A stretch of 64,000 bases of DNA. It comes from Lama glama. Lineage: Eukaryota. Below the pieces are notes generated by a model that worked only from the letters and a program-made list of their open reading frames with translations, ran no database searches and had not been told where the DNA came from. Below are positions 14,151 to 26,015 of the stretch, piece by piece. The stretch covers positions 28,088,001-28,152,000 of the forward strand of contig CM052816.1 of NCBI GenBank assembly GCA_028534125.1, written 5' to 3'. Position numbers and translations under genes: made by a program. Position 1 is the stretch's first letter, and every line of letters begins with the position of its first letter.

Positions 14151-14368
14151 CAGGGTTTCTTGACCCCAGCACTACTAACATAGTAAACTTGGTATTTATT
14201 GGGAGGAGCTGCCCTGTACATTAGATGATGTTTATCAGCATTTCCAGCCTCAACCCACTAGATGCCAGTAGCCTCCTTCTCCTAGCTGTGACAACTTAAA
14301 ATACACCTAAACATTGCCAAATGTCCCCTGTGGAGAAAGACAAAATCACCCCTGATTAAGAAGCACTG
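14151..14368 (+). mobile_element. MER20 (hAT-Charlie MITE)
   Basis: CAG...CACTG termini; internal 'ctgccctgtacatt...atgtttatcagcatttccagcctcaacccactagatgccagtagc...gtgacaac...aacattgccaaatgtcccctg'; flanks ATGTAGAG / CCCTAGAG resemble a decayed 8-bp hAT TSD. Confidence 0.9.
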
Positions 14369-14594
14369 CCCTAGAGGAATGGATGACTGCACAAAATCGT
14401 CCTTAAATAGTATTTCTTTCAGCTGAGGCTTTGAAAGCTCTTAAGTGACTGTCAACTCAAGCTTAGTCTGTCTCAGAAGTACTTGGAGTTCAGGTATTTG
14501 TCAATGAGAGAAGTATCAATAAGTGTAGACATTTAGACTTGAAAAATTAACAACACTGCTGTTGTTTGAGGGAGAAACATCTAGCTATTTTCCA

Positions 14595-14975
14595 CAAACT
14601 TGCCTTCTCTTCTTCCTGGACATACAAATAAGGCATTCACACCCTCCCTTGTAGATAAACTTGGTTGTGTGACAGAATTCTAGCCAATGGAATGTAAGCA
14701 CAAATGATGAGGACCACTTATGGGTAAGTCTTACACGAAGCAGATCTGAGCCCTCCTTACTGTTTTTCACCATTCTTATTAGACGCAGAAAATGACTATC
14801 ACCTGGGAGATGATGAATGCACAAGATGGAAGGAACTTTAGTTCTTGAAAGACAACTGCAGAAAAGCTAACACTCAACAAGGGACCCCTGTGCTGGACTG
14901 TGCTGCAAATAAATAACTTTCAGTGTGTTTGAGGTAATAAATAATTTGGGTCTATATATTACAGTGGTTTAGCTT
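14595..14975 (+). mobile_element. MLT1-family (ERVL-MaLR) solo LTR
   Basis: 'gtgtgacagaattctagccaatggaatgtaagca...' and 3' end 'aataaataactttcagtgtgtttgagg...tttgggtctatatattacagtgg'. Confidence 0.7.
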
Positions 14976-16286
14976 ATGTTAAATAATGCAATAGGATTAA
15001 TAGCTTCTTCCAAACATATAATATATAGAGAGCTTTTTATGCCATTTCATGGTTTATGCATTAGTTTATCACATGCATATTTGTATGCAGTATTACATGA
15101 AAATAAGTTTTCATAAATACTTTCTTTTTGTCCTCAAGGGTATTATTTTGGAGTGATGACAGAGCTAGCCGATAGAAGACATGAATACAGCAGAATAAAA
15201 CAGTAAATAAGCAAGGAAACAAATTATCTGGCACAAGAAATCTAAAGATAAAAGTTACAATATTACTAAATTCCATTATTATTACTATTGCTAGTCAAGG
15301 GATGCTGAAGTTAAAGTAAATGGCTTTTAATTCTTAGATCTCCTCTCCTCTATGAATCCTCTATAAACTGATCCCTCTAACCGTAGCAGGTACTGATGGG
15401 TGTTTCTCACTGACCATGTATCAACTGTGACCTTGTAGTTTTAGCTATCTCCTGTCTCCTAAAATTATGAGAAAGATTAGTAGCCCCTTGAGGTTAGAGC
15501 CAGGGTCACAGGTAATTTCCTTTGTCTGTAAGCATTTAGCATATGGGCTCCAATTTAGAGATTCAGGGGGAAAAAATGAAATCAGAGAATCTGGCCCAAG
15601 TGTGTGTTTGGTGGGAATGGAACTAGGAAGACGTAACTTTAGATGAAATATTGCTGAAATGAAGAGTTTCACAGGCTCTCCCTGATATAACCAAAGAAAA
15701 AATGAAGCCAAAATTTCCCAGTCTCCTAAAAGGAAAATCTAATGGTGCCTTCTGAAATTGGCCATAAATGGGCAATGGCTAAAACCACAAGAAAGCTTCA
15801 GATATGGTGTTTCCACTGAGTACATGTGGTAATGGAGTATGCACAATGACATCTCTGCCAACCCAAAGTAGTAGAGGTAGATTTCTTGAAAATCACAAAA
15901 AAGAAAAAAAATCCAGGGTTTTTGAAATAAATTACTGAAAACCAACCAGTGTGTTTGGATATTAGTAAAACCATATTCCTTTCACGGTGCTCTTTCTGAA
16001 CTTTATGAGCTAAGTAACTTAGGGAAAGTGCCCTTTGGTTGGGAACAAAGACACAACAAATTTAATTCATAAACATGTAGATAACTATAGTGAAAATAGC
16101 TATAGTTTCCTAAACATGTTTGTATTTTATAAAAACTGAAGTCTTGAAGGATCAACTAAAACCTAAAATTCCTTGCAAAGCTATGAATGGATCACCAATG
16201 ATAATGCAAACAGGAACTCATCCCTAAAGTTAATGAACTGAAATGTTCTCGTGTCTATCATGAGTTGGTTCTGTGGACTGTGGATC

Positions 16287-16487
16287 AAGAATCATTCAGC
16301 TTTTCTGTGAACAGCTACATGGTCAATATTCCAAGTGTTGCAGGTGATTTGCTCTTTGCCATGACCACTTAATTTTGCCATTCCAGTGCAAAACCAGACA
16401 TAAACAATCAGTAACCAATGAGTGCGGCCCTATTCCAATAAAATTCTGTTTACGTAAGTCCGTGGTGGGCCATAGTTTGGTAACACT
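16287..16487 (+). mobile_element. MER58A-like hAT MITE
   Basis: 'ttttctgtgaacagctacatggtcaatatt...accacttaattttgccattccagtgcaaaaccagacataaacaat...tattccaataaaattctgtttac...gggccatagtttgg'. Confidence 0.75.
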
Positions 16488-17174
16488 AAATCTATATCAT
16501 ATTACCAAAATAAACATCTGCTAAAAGTCATTCTTCTATATATAGTGAGTGAATTTTAAAAGTCTAAAAAATCCTTTGTGTGACTGTTGTTACATTCACT
16601 GACATCTTTAATTTGCTTTCGCATTTTTGGGTAAAACACTACTGAGAAAATTGCTATAATTATTTAAAGGCTGTTAAAATTGGAACTCAGCCCTAAAGCT
16701 ACTTGTCTTGAGTGGTAAATAGCACTTCTACCCATGAAAATAAAAATGTTAAGTGGGAGTTCTAGGCAGTACCTCAGTAGATCAGTTTGCATCTATCCAC
16801 TGGGAGACAATCCTCCATGTGTCTCTAAGATTGCTGCACATCTGAGAATCAGAGGCACTGGAAGTTTGTGTCTGCACTATATATGCAGAGATTTTGGTAT
16901 AGCGAACGGCTCAGAAGACCGAGTACCTCCACTTTTTCACGTTTGCTTGCTGTCCCATATAATAAAGATGGTATCTTTCCTATAAGCTAAAATTTGAGGT
17001 TTACTTACAGCCTATCATAAAAGGTTCAGGTTCTTTGTTTCAAATTAACAAGGGAGGCCTGAGAAATTAGGATTAAAAAATATTCATTGTACCAAAATGC
17101 ATGCAAATTTCTCTGAACTTTTATCTTGTAAACTCTCTGCTAGGCTTAGATGTAAGTGAGGAGTTCTTACAACC

Positions 17175-17378
17175 ATTGGTGTGTGAGGGCAGGTTTCTAC
17201 CAGTTTGAAACATGCAAGTGTTAAATTTTCAGAAATTTTGCAAGATGGCTGTTAAAACATTGGTAGCCTGAAATCAGCCACAGTGAAATATTTACACCAC
17301 ATAAATCAGAAAATAATACAGATTATAAATCAGTGCTTTTTCTTTTTTTTTTTCATGAAGACATTTCCAGCAAATAGC
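17175..17378 (+). mobile_element. MER63A-like hAT-Blackjack element
   Basis: 'tgttaaattttcagaaattttgcaag...gttaaaacattggtagcctgaaatcagcca...atatttacacca...aaatcagtgctttt...acatttccagca'. Confidence 0.7.
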
Positions 17379-18562
17379 TTATGCTGCAATTAAAGGCTAC
17401 AAGTTCCATCCTTTGGTGCCTTTTCTAAATTTACAAATGGATGTTGTAAAATATCCCAAGGTAAATGGATATGAGTATGGTACATCAAATGTATACTTAC
17501 TGTACAAATTTACTAAGTGTTTATTCTTACAGAAGACTTTATTATATCACAGTTGCCAAAACAAAAACCCAAACAAGAAATTTTAAATGCTTTAATTACC
17601 CATTTAAATACCCTGTTTCTATTTCTAGTAAGAAGGAGCTTAGTCATCATTCACATAGTAAATAACATGCAAAAATGTAAGAAATTCAGCACTGTAATCA
17701 TCACTCTCAAAGTCTGAGAGAAGTTGAGAAAAGGAATGAGGTGTTAAAGAACAAATGACAAAAAACTGTAACTACCAAATTTTGTATGTTCTGAAAAAAT
17801 AACTTTTGCCCCCAAAAGGATGAGGATTGCCCCAGAAAAACTGGATTACATCCTTACAAAATGATTATGGACAGCTAAAGAAGTTGCTTATCTTGCCTCA
17901 AGACCTTTGACTACTTTGTAAGAACATGCACCAATAATAACGTAACTGAATATAGTCAAGGTTGTGGGCACTATCTTCATTATTATCATTTATAGGTCAA
18001 GGTCACCTTCCCTGAAGATTCTACACAGTACTTTACTCTTGTAGTACAAGAGACCCATATTGCCATATTGACAAAATGGTTCTGACCAAGGAAAGCATAT
18101 TAACACCTCCTGATTTTTGCTAAATCAGACTATAAACCAATTTTCTTGAAAATGGCTCCAACAATAGTGATGAGGAAACCTGACACATACATCCAACAGC
18201 AGAGTATTTTCCAAACCAAGTAATCAGCAAACAAAACATCACCTCTTCTGAGAATCAGGAAGAAAAAAAATATTGCCACAAATCATAGCATATGCATGTC
18301 TAAACCCAGTATCACCACCAGCTGAAATGGGAAAAGGGATGCAACTATTTCATCAGAAGATCCCTTTTGTACGTTTGGGAAAGACAGGAGTTAGAAGGAG
18401 AACTCTGGCCTGTACTACTGTTAATGATTTCTATCCTTGCAGATTGAGCTGGTCTTTGAGATTTAATTACTTGCTGACAAATGAATGAAAAATAAAGAGC
18501 AAATGCTTCAAAAACTTTTGTGATGTGGACCAAATACTTGCTCTGTATGAGGTGCATAAGGA

Positions 18563-18715
18563 CTGTGCTTCTCCAACTTTGATATGCATATGCATCACCT
18601 GGGCAAGTTTTAATATTTCAGATTCTGATTTGTTTAGTGGGGTTAGACCATAGATTCTGCATATCCATCAGGCTCTCAGACAATGGCAAAGCTGATGGTC
18701 TTCGGAGTAGCAAGG
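18563..18715 (+). mobile_element. MER5B-like hAT MITE
   Basis: 'gtgcttctccaactttga...gcatcacctggg...cagattctgatt...gattctgcat...gctgatggtc...gagtagcaagg'. Confidence 0.75.
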
Positions 18716-18813
18716 AATTAGTGTTGATGACACATTAGTCTTAACAACTCTTAATTATATTTCCCCATATAAAACATTAATAACTAAAATCTATAATATT
18801 GTCCTAGACATAC

Positions 18814-18901
18814 CTTCAGATATTTCCTCAGGGAGTACAGCTCTGATGCTCAGGATCCCTGCTTCTTCCATACATTTTTCGGCCAGTTGGTCCAGAGTGA
18901 G
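18814..18901 (-). CDS. Candidate 88-nt internal coding exon (LTLDQLAEKCMEEAGILSIRAVLPEEISE)
   Basis: accatgtttattctag|CTCACTCTGGAC...ATATCTGAAG|gtatgtc. GC- and purine-rich relative to its flanks, with GAAGAA enhancer-like motifs. Only the phase-0 frame is stop-free; its phase-1 exit joins 8985-9019 in frame (VLCIQKPHWSQM). Protein not recognised. Confidence 0.55.
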
Positions 18902-20099
18902 CTAGAATAAACATGGTTACACTAATATCAGGTCTCCAAACTTGCTCTAGTACTAATCTTGTTCAGCCTCTCATTAGAAGCCTTAATCTGCTTTATGTTA
19001 CTGACGAAACGGGTTCCCTAAAACCTATTCAAACAAAATCATGTAACTACTACAAATTTTTTATATTATCTTTTACTTTGCTCATCCTGACCTGGACCAT
19101 TGCCACCTTGGGAAATTATATTTCAGTTGCTGGATCCCAGATGAATCTAGTTGCATCTGTCCTCTGTGTTCCAGCCAGTTTGACTGAGATTCAACATCTG
19201 GGTTACATACAGATATTATTCAGGATGAGACTCACCCTTGGAGTGCCTACTTCCCCTGCTGAGCGACTGATAAAGGCTGAACTGACATAGCTATGTGTGG
19301 ACTGAATAACTGCATTCATTACAAATAGAACAAAATGAGAACTGTTCTGAAAAAGTTTTTCTTTTCCGGCACATTGTATTTATACATAATTCAGAATTTG
19401 CTGAGATTTGAGTTTTCCTGAATTAAAATGCAGTTTTCCTGTGTCTCAAACTAAAAACTAGTATCAGGTACTGATTGTACAGTTCTGAACCTTCAATTCC
19501 CCAAATGACTCAACTTTAACATTCCTGACTCTTCAGGATGTATGTTAAAATATTTATGAGTGCTTCATATCTTAGGAATATTGTCTATAAAGGAGAGCAT
19601 CTCCTGTTCACTATAAACAAACACAGAGGCAAATTTACAAATGTTAGTACCAGTGTGTCTGCAACTACAAATAAATATTGGTTCATTTACTGTAATATTC
19701 TTCTTTGTTCTAATATCACCACCTCCAACTTTATTCATTTGCTTTTATGCCTATTACTTGTTCTTTTATTAGTATTTTCAGAGAAAACTTTTAGGCTTAC
19801 TTTTTATTTTCACTGCTTATCTGATTTATTAAATTTGGATTTTTGTTATCTGTCTCCATTTGCTTTATTTTGTTTATTTACAAAGATTCTTCAATTAAAT
19901 GATTTCTTCACTTTAAATTGTTTCAACTTTTTTTTATCATTCTAAGGATAATGTATTCCTACTGAAAAATTTTAGAGTACAGAATATGGTGACCCTCAAC
20001 CACCTTTACTTTATACAAGAAATCTCTCCTTTATTTTAGCTCATACACTTGAAGTATTATATTATACATAATTTATTGCAAGGATTTTAAAATTAAAGC

Positions 20100-20560
20100 T
20101 CAGTATTTAGTCATAGTTGATAGATATAGATACACAGATACATATAAGTTATTTTCCTTTTTAAAACTTGTATAGTTTTCCATTATTTGAGTGTATCTTA
20201 ACTGAATGAAATACTCTAATACAGATACGTATTTTCTATGTTTCTCTTCGTATGTTGCTTTGAGCATACTTATACACACACCACTGTGCTCCACTGTATT
20301 TATATTCATAATATGGATTCCTACATGGTAAATTTTATATGAAAGAGTATGAAAATTTAAAAATTTGAAAGATACAGTAAAAGTTACCCTGTATACTTTG
20401 TACCAATTTTCATTTTCACCAAAAGTGTTGGAGAGCGTCTATTTCTCTCCTCTCAATGATCTAATCATTGCCATTTTACTAGCTGTGAAATTACATTTTG
20501 TTCTACTTTGCATTTATTTTATATACATGAAATTTTCTTTTAAAAATCACTTATATCTTT
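20100..20560 (-). mobile_element. Highly decayed old L1 3' region (L1ME-like)
   Basis: Antisense L1 remnants 'gtaccaattttcattttcaccaaaagtgttggagagcgtctatttctc...cattttgttctactttgcattt'. Confidence 0.5.
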
Positions 20561-22133
20561 GAAATTATTAGTAAACCTTCATATTGAATTACATCTCTGG
20601 TTCAACTAGTGGAGTGTTTCTATCGGTCATCACTGTTGATGCCAATGAATTTCATATTCGTTGTTTCTGGTAGTTAAGTTGTCAGGATGGAGGCTCAGGT
20701 AGTCACTGTTCCAATAGTTGCATTGTAATCACGTACATGAGAAGTCAAATCACTGAGTTCTTCCAGGTTGTCTAATCCTGATGGATGTTATTTGACATGC
20801 GAGTAGCTGCCAAAAGGCACTTAAAACCTTTGAGAGGATATAGCGCACTACAAAGGTTAATATGATGAATCTAAAGAGAAAAACAGCTAAAGATGAAAAA
20901 TTTCTCCAGAGCAGAGATTCCCAGAAGCCAAGATTTAACCAATCAAATAAATCAAATGAGCTACAATCGAATTCAGGTTTTACCTTTCTAAGCCAACCTT
21001 CCTTTTTTTTTTTTTTTGGAAGAATGTACAACTGTGTTTCTTTTTCTTTTCTTTTTTTGTTGAGTGATTCATGTAGGCCGAACATGATGTCTCAGTAATC
21101 ACATATCCTCATGATTACTTAGGACAAGATGAACATGAAGATGTTTTCTTTCAGGAAGTAGTGTTGCAGGTGAGCTTCCACCAAAATTAGGCCTCCATGT
21201 GATGTAGGCAATCAGGTAATTTAATAAGAGGCATTTCTATGAATTTTTTTAAAAAGGTTAATAATTTGAGTAAATTATAAACTCAGTTTCTGAGTTTGGA
21301 GAACAGCCAGTTGAGAACATTTCTGGATTTGAGTTCAAAGCATCTTTGGGTAGAATGAGGATGGCAGTTTCAACCTGAGGGATTTTCCTTGTTTGCAATT
21401 TGACTGTCTTTGATGATATTACCAGGTGTTCTGTTGAACTTTCTTGAGTGACTCATACAGCAATAAGCATAAGGTTTTTTCATCCATGATCTACTGTGTT
21501 GATTTCTCTGAAGTTTAAAAGTAGATATCAAAACCTCAAAGACAATTAACAGAATTAAATCTGATAATGGGTACACTATACTTTTTTTCTGAAACATTTT
21601 TTCCCCAATTATCCCATTTTTATCAAAGATAATTGCAATGAAAATAATGTTTATAAATTAAGTCTATTCTTACTATAAATTTAGATTATTTATATAAATA
21701 TAGTAAGAATAGTAATTTTAAGCATATTCTCAAATATGACATTTTAGTCAAAGCTTTGGTAATATCCAAGGAGCTTTATTGGCTCCATAAAGTCAACTCC
21801 ATTTCTTTAAAATTATTTAGTAATAAGAAATCTCAGATTAGATCTTTAAAATCTATCTAGGCTAAGAAGCCAAGCTAAAATCTTGTCTAACAGTGTCTTG
21901 TTATAAGGAGAATAGATTCTTATTGAATTTATGGAAATACATATACTGTCATGAAAAACAAGAATACTTAAGAGTTTCTGACTTCTGGAGGGATCAGGAG
22001 AAAAAGATCAACGTTTCAACTTTAATTTACAAACGTATACTTTATCAAATTGTTGTTAAGTTATAGGTAGCTTAAAGAAGAGGAGAAAAGGAGGCCGTTT
22101 AAATATGAAAAATAAAACATTAAAGAACCAGCA

Positions 22134-22346
22134 GAGGGTGGGAAGGGATAGACATGATTTCAAAATTGTAGAACAGATAAACAAGATTACACTGTATAGC
22201 ACAGGGAAATATACACAAGATCTTATGGTAGCTCACAGAGAAAAAAATGTGACAATGAATATATATATGTTCATGTATAACTGAAAAATTGTGCACTACA
22301 CTGGAATTTGACACAACACTGTAAAATGATTATAAATCAATAAAAA
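22134..22346 (+). mobile_element. Severely 5'-truncated L1 (3'UTR only) with a perfect 12-bp TSD
   Basis: Homologous to about 7795-8030 of the L1 at 5244-8076. TSD AAAGAACCAGCA at 22122-22133 and 22347-22358; target TT|AAAG matches the L1 endonuclease consensus. Confidence 0.95.
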
Positions 22347-25006
22347 AAAGAACCAGCAATGTCTCAAAGTCATAAAAATTATAATCAGTTTTATGAGCTC
22401 AGTCTCTTATAATTAATTCTTGTTCTGCTTGATCATGGGTTAGCAGCTTTATGAATCAATCAGTTTTCCAGAGTTTAGAAATTCTTATCCTAGTCAAGGA
22501 TATGAATTTAAAGTTATCAGAAGCCTATATTCTAGAGTATTTGTCAGGGTCTTTTCCATGGATCTCTGAAGATAAAGAATTTCAGCCTGTAGTTGAATAG
22601 AAATGCTTTGAGAGAAGAATAAAGAGTAAAACAATAACTGTGAGTGACAAAAATACTTAAAAATAGTCATGGTTTAAGAGCTGGTGAGAGTCCACCAAAA
22701 AAATGATGCAACTGACCATCAAATTTTTATTTTTGTGATATTCAGTACTGTACAATAATAACTGATTATGATTCATAACAATACACTATGACATATCATA
22801 TTTTTAGGAATTTTATATAATTTGGAATCATTCATTTTAATAATATATATGCCATATAAATGTTACCTAAGAAGTTTAAGTATTACTTTTTATTTGACAT
22901 TTCTCACACAATTTAATGTGTCAATTAAGTCTAAATAAAATAACATTTCTCTTTTTATAAGGTGAGAGAGCAAGTCTTAGGACCTCCCGGAGACCCTCTG
23001 GAAAATCCCACGGTTACTTTAAGGTCAAAAACTTCACTCAGAATTTGATTTGGGAAAACTTGTTAAAAACATCAAAAAGTTTAAACCTTGATCAAATAGG
23101 AACCTAAGTTACTGTGAAACAATACTTAGCTATCCATTCAACCAAAATGATGATGAAAGATACCAAAGGCAAATACAGAAAAGTTACATAGCTGTAAAAA
23201 ACCTTAGCTCTTTTAATATTTAAAAGATAAGGTTTTTTTAAGTAACCAAAGACCTGATAATGAAAATGTGCATAAGGCACACCTATGTTTTCTAAAACAT
23301 AGGATATTTATTTCCTGGGAAGATTATATTAAAAGCCAAAAAAACAAACAAACAAAACAACCCAAAAAACCTCTCTTTACAATCTAAATTAAAAGACAAT
23401 TAAACTTATTTTGTACAAGACATTATTGAATCTCATTTTTAAAACCCTTATAAATAAACCTATTTAATTTAGCCAACCTTGACCTCAAACATAAAATTTC
23501 TTTCTCATGAATCATCCACAGCTTTCTGAACCCATTTAACTTCTGTCTTATTCTTTTCCTTTTTTATTTTGGAACAACCAGTCATTTTGTTTTAGACAAC
23601 ACTAGTCTCTTTTTCCTTAACAAAAACCCATCACATATTCCTTGCATACTCTTCATATATATATATACACAACCTATTTTCTTCCCATACCTTGTGTACA
23701 AAGTGGTTTCCCTTCACTCTTATTGTTTATAGTAGTTGTACTTTTACATATTGATTATATAATTTAACTATTAATAATCTTTATTTTCCAATGAAAGCTA
23801 GGGAGCAGGCAATTGTGAGCTATCCTATATTAGCATCCTATAGTAGATTAGCAAATGTGTATTATAAAACTTATACTTTTTAGAGACATGTCTTTTATAA
23901 TACAACTTTTCACATGGCATAAATGTATTTATTCATAGACCCACACATCTTTTGTTTCTCCATGAAAAATCAAAAAGTCAAAGGTAGACAAATTTAAACT
24001 TATGTTCAGCAATTAATGTCTCAGTAAATTATCTTATTTGGGAATAATCTAGATATTCAATGAATATCCATTATTTAGTTTAACTTAGTATAAATTTTAC
24101 CTTTCTTACATTTATTTAAATTACTTATTTCTAACACTAATGCTTAGAATAGACATCAAACTGCTAACAATCATCTTAAAGTATTTTTTTATGTTCATAA
24201 ATTTTGTAACATAGAGATCACATGAGCTTATTTGACTAGAAAATTCAGGTAGAAAAAGTTGTATGTTCACATTACATTTAATACTGAGAATTTTGAAGAC
24301 AAGCCTGATTTTTAAACCAACAAACTTAAATTAGCTTTTATTTATCAAAGATTATTCCAGATCATGTGCATTTGATATTTAGGTTAGTTTCTCTGTTTGA
24401 GTTTTAGGAATACTGAATTTAGATAAGCCCTTATTTTTAAGCCAATTAAATAAAACTGATTTAAAATATAATTTATACATGATATACAAACATACATAGA
24501 TACACATAAACATACAGACACAGAGATCTCATAGTTTTCATTTTAAAATTTTAACCATGTTTCAGGTACAATAATGCAAAACTCAACAGAATAGCTGAAA
24601 CCAAATTGGGTTTATGGCAGATGGACTAAGTTACGGTTACCTCCTCAGATGGCCAAATATTTTTACTGAAGTTTTCATTCACATGATATATGGATTTCTT
24701 TAAAGAGAAACTATTTTTGGAGTCATTTGTCTTTTAGAAGTTTCTGCATACCAATCAAAGAGTGCATTCCACAGCATCTCCTAGAGGTTTGAGATCTTTC
24801 TTATCAAGGGTGCGCCTTAAGGTTAAAGTTTCCCCAAAGTGGCCACTGTAATTCCAAATTATCCAAAAGTTCACCCATTTTTTAAACAGGCACAAGATTC
24901 TGGTACATGGCAGATATACCTCCAAGAAGCTGTTTTTCAAAGAGATGGAGAAAGAGTTTTAGACCGGGTGGCACCCATCTTTGTCTTTAGAGTCCCTTGA
25001 CATCTT

Positions 25007-25255
25007 TTTTCTTTTTCAGTTGAGGTATAGTCACTTACAGTGTGTCAATTTCTAGTGTACAGCATAATGTACCAGTCATGCATACATACATATATATATA
25101 TGTGTGTGTGTGTGTATATACACACATACATATATTCTTTTTCATATTCTTTTTCATTAAAGGTTATTACAAGATATTGAATACAGTTCCCTGTGCTATA
25201 TATAAGAAATTTGCTTTTTATCTGTTTTTATATATAGTGATTAACCCTTCCAAAT
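25007..25255 (-). mobile_element. Short L1 3'UTR insertion with an internal (TA)n(TG)n microsatellite
   Basis: T-rich tail at the left; 'gttattacaagatattgaatacagttccctgtgctata' is the reverse complement of L1 3'UTR sequence also seen near 41550-41600. Near-TSD CCTTGACATCTT / CCTTACACATCTT. Confidence 0.9.
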
Positions 25256-25596
25256 CCTTACACATCTTAACTTTGAAGGACCCTGTTTTCAATTAGCTGT
25301 GTCAAGACACAGGGACTCATGAGTTTCTCACTACCCGACCCCTTTAGGACAGAATAGGGTGGCATACCAAAAACCTTCAACAAACAAAATACAGGTATGA
25401 AAATAAAGTCAGAGAACTCTAAACACAAGGAGAGTGGAACTCAAATCCAAGACAGACTTACCCTCAGATTCCAGAGTTGGTAAGAAGGCCATGACTTAGT
25501 GGGCTCTGTGGGTACAGGCACCTGGGTGCTCGCTATCCTCAGTCATTGGCTGGGGGGACGGGGTCGTCTTTAAATCTTACTTCTAAAGACAGGACC

Positions 25597-26015
25597 TGTT
25601 GAAAATTCAGAAATAGCAAAATTAAAACCATCAAATTAAGGAATAATAGTAAGATTTATCATGCATGTAAGAACAGTTTGTGAATTGGAAGCCTTCAGAA
25701 ATAAAAACTGATGTGACCTCTGGGGCATGAAGTTACAGGATGGTTTATACAGTGAAAACGAAGAAGTTGTTCACCCTTACAGTGGCCACTACAGTGGGGC
25801 TTTCCAGAGAGCAAGGGATCAGATAAAACGATCTCTTACCATTTTTAGGAATATTACATAAGTTTTCTCTTACAATTGTCAGAGGCTTTTACAAGGAATG
25901 ACCTAAGTTTTGCTTCTGTTCATGAAATAAAACAGTTTTGCTTATGCAGCTAAAAGGGTTTTGCCTGCTCAGGGAATTCTCAAATCCAGTCGCCATTTTG
26001 TATTCAATTGTAACA
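25597..26015 (-). mobile_element. ERV1 (MER4-group-like) 5' LTR
   Basis: Minus strand begins TGTTACAATTGAATACAAAATGGCGACTGG...CCCTGAGCAGGCAAAACC and ends ...TTTTCAACA (TG...CA termini). It is followed by a degenerate tRNA-Leu-type PBS (tgtctttagaagtaagat vs TGGTGTCAGAAGTGGGAT). Confidence 0.7.

Larger units (their letters stand above)
20580..25596 (-). mobile_element. Decayed non-coding ERV1 (MER4-group-like) internal region
   Basis: Long AT-rich internal sequence typical of MER4-group elements (e.g. 'gagaatagattcttattgaatttatggaaat', 'gagaacagccagttgagaacatttctggatttgagttcaaagcatc'). Leader with a splice donor at 25460-25461 and a degenerate PBS next to an LTR. Interrupted by two short L1 tails. 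The 3' boundary is uncertain. Confidence 0.6.

Noticed and set aside
15739..15900. Strong minus-strand acceptor (ttttttgtgattttcaag)
   Set aside because: All three frames hit stops and no good donor follows.
19538..19945. 135-aa Leu/Phe-rich ORF
   Set aside because: Low-complexity T-rich DNA with no domain features.
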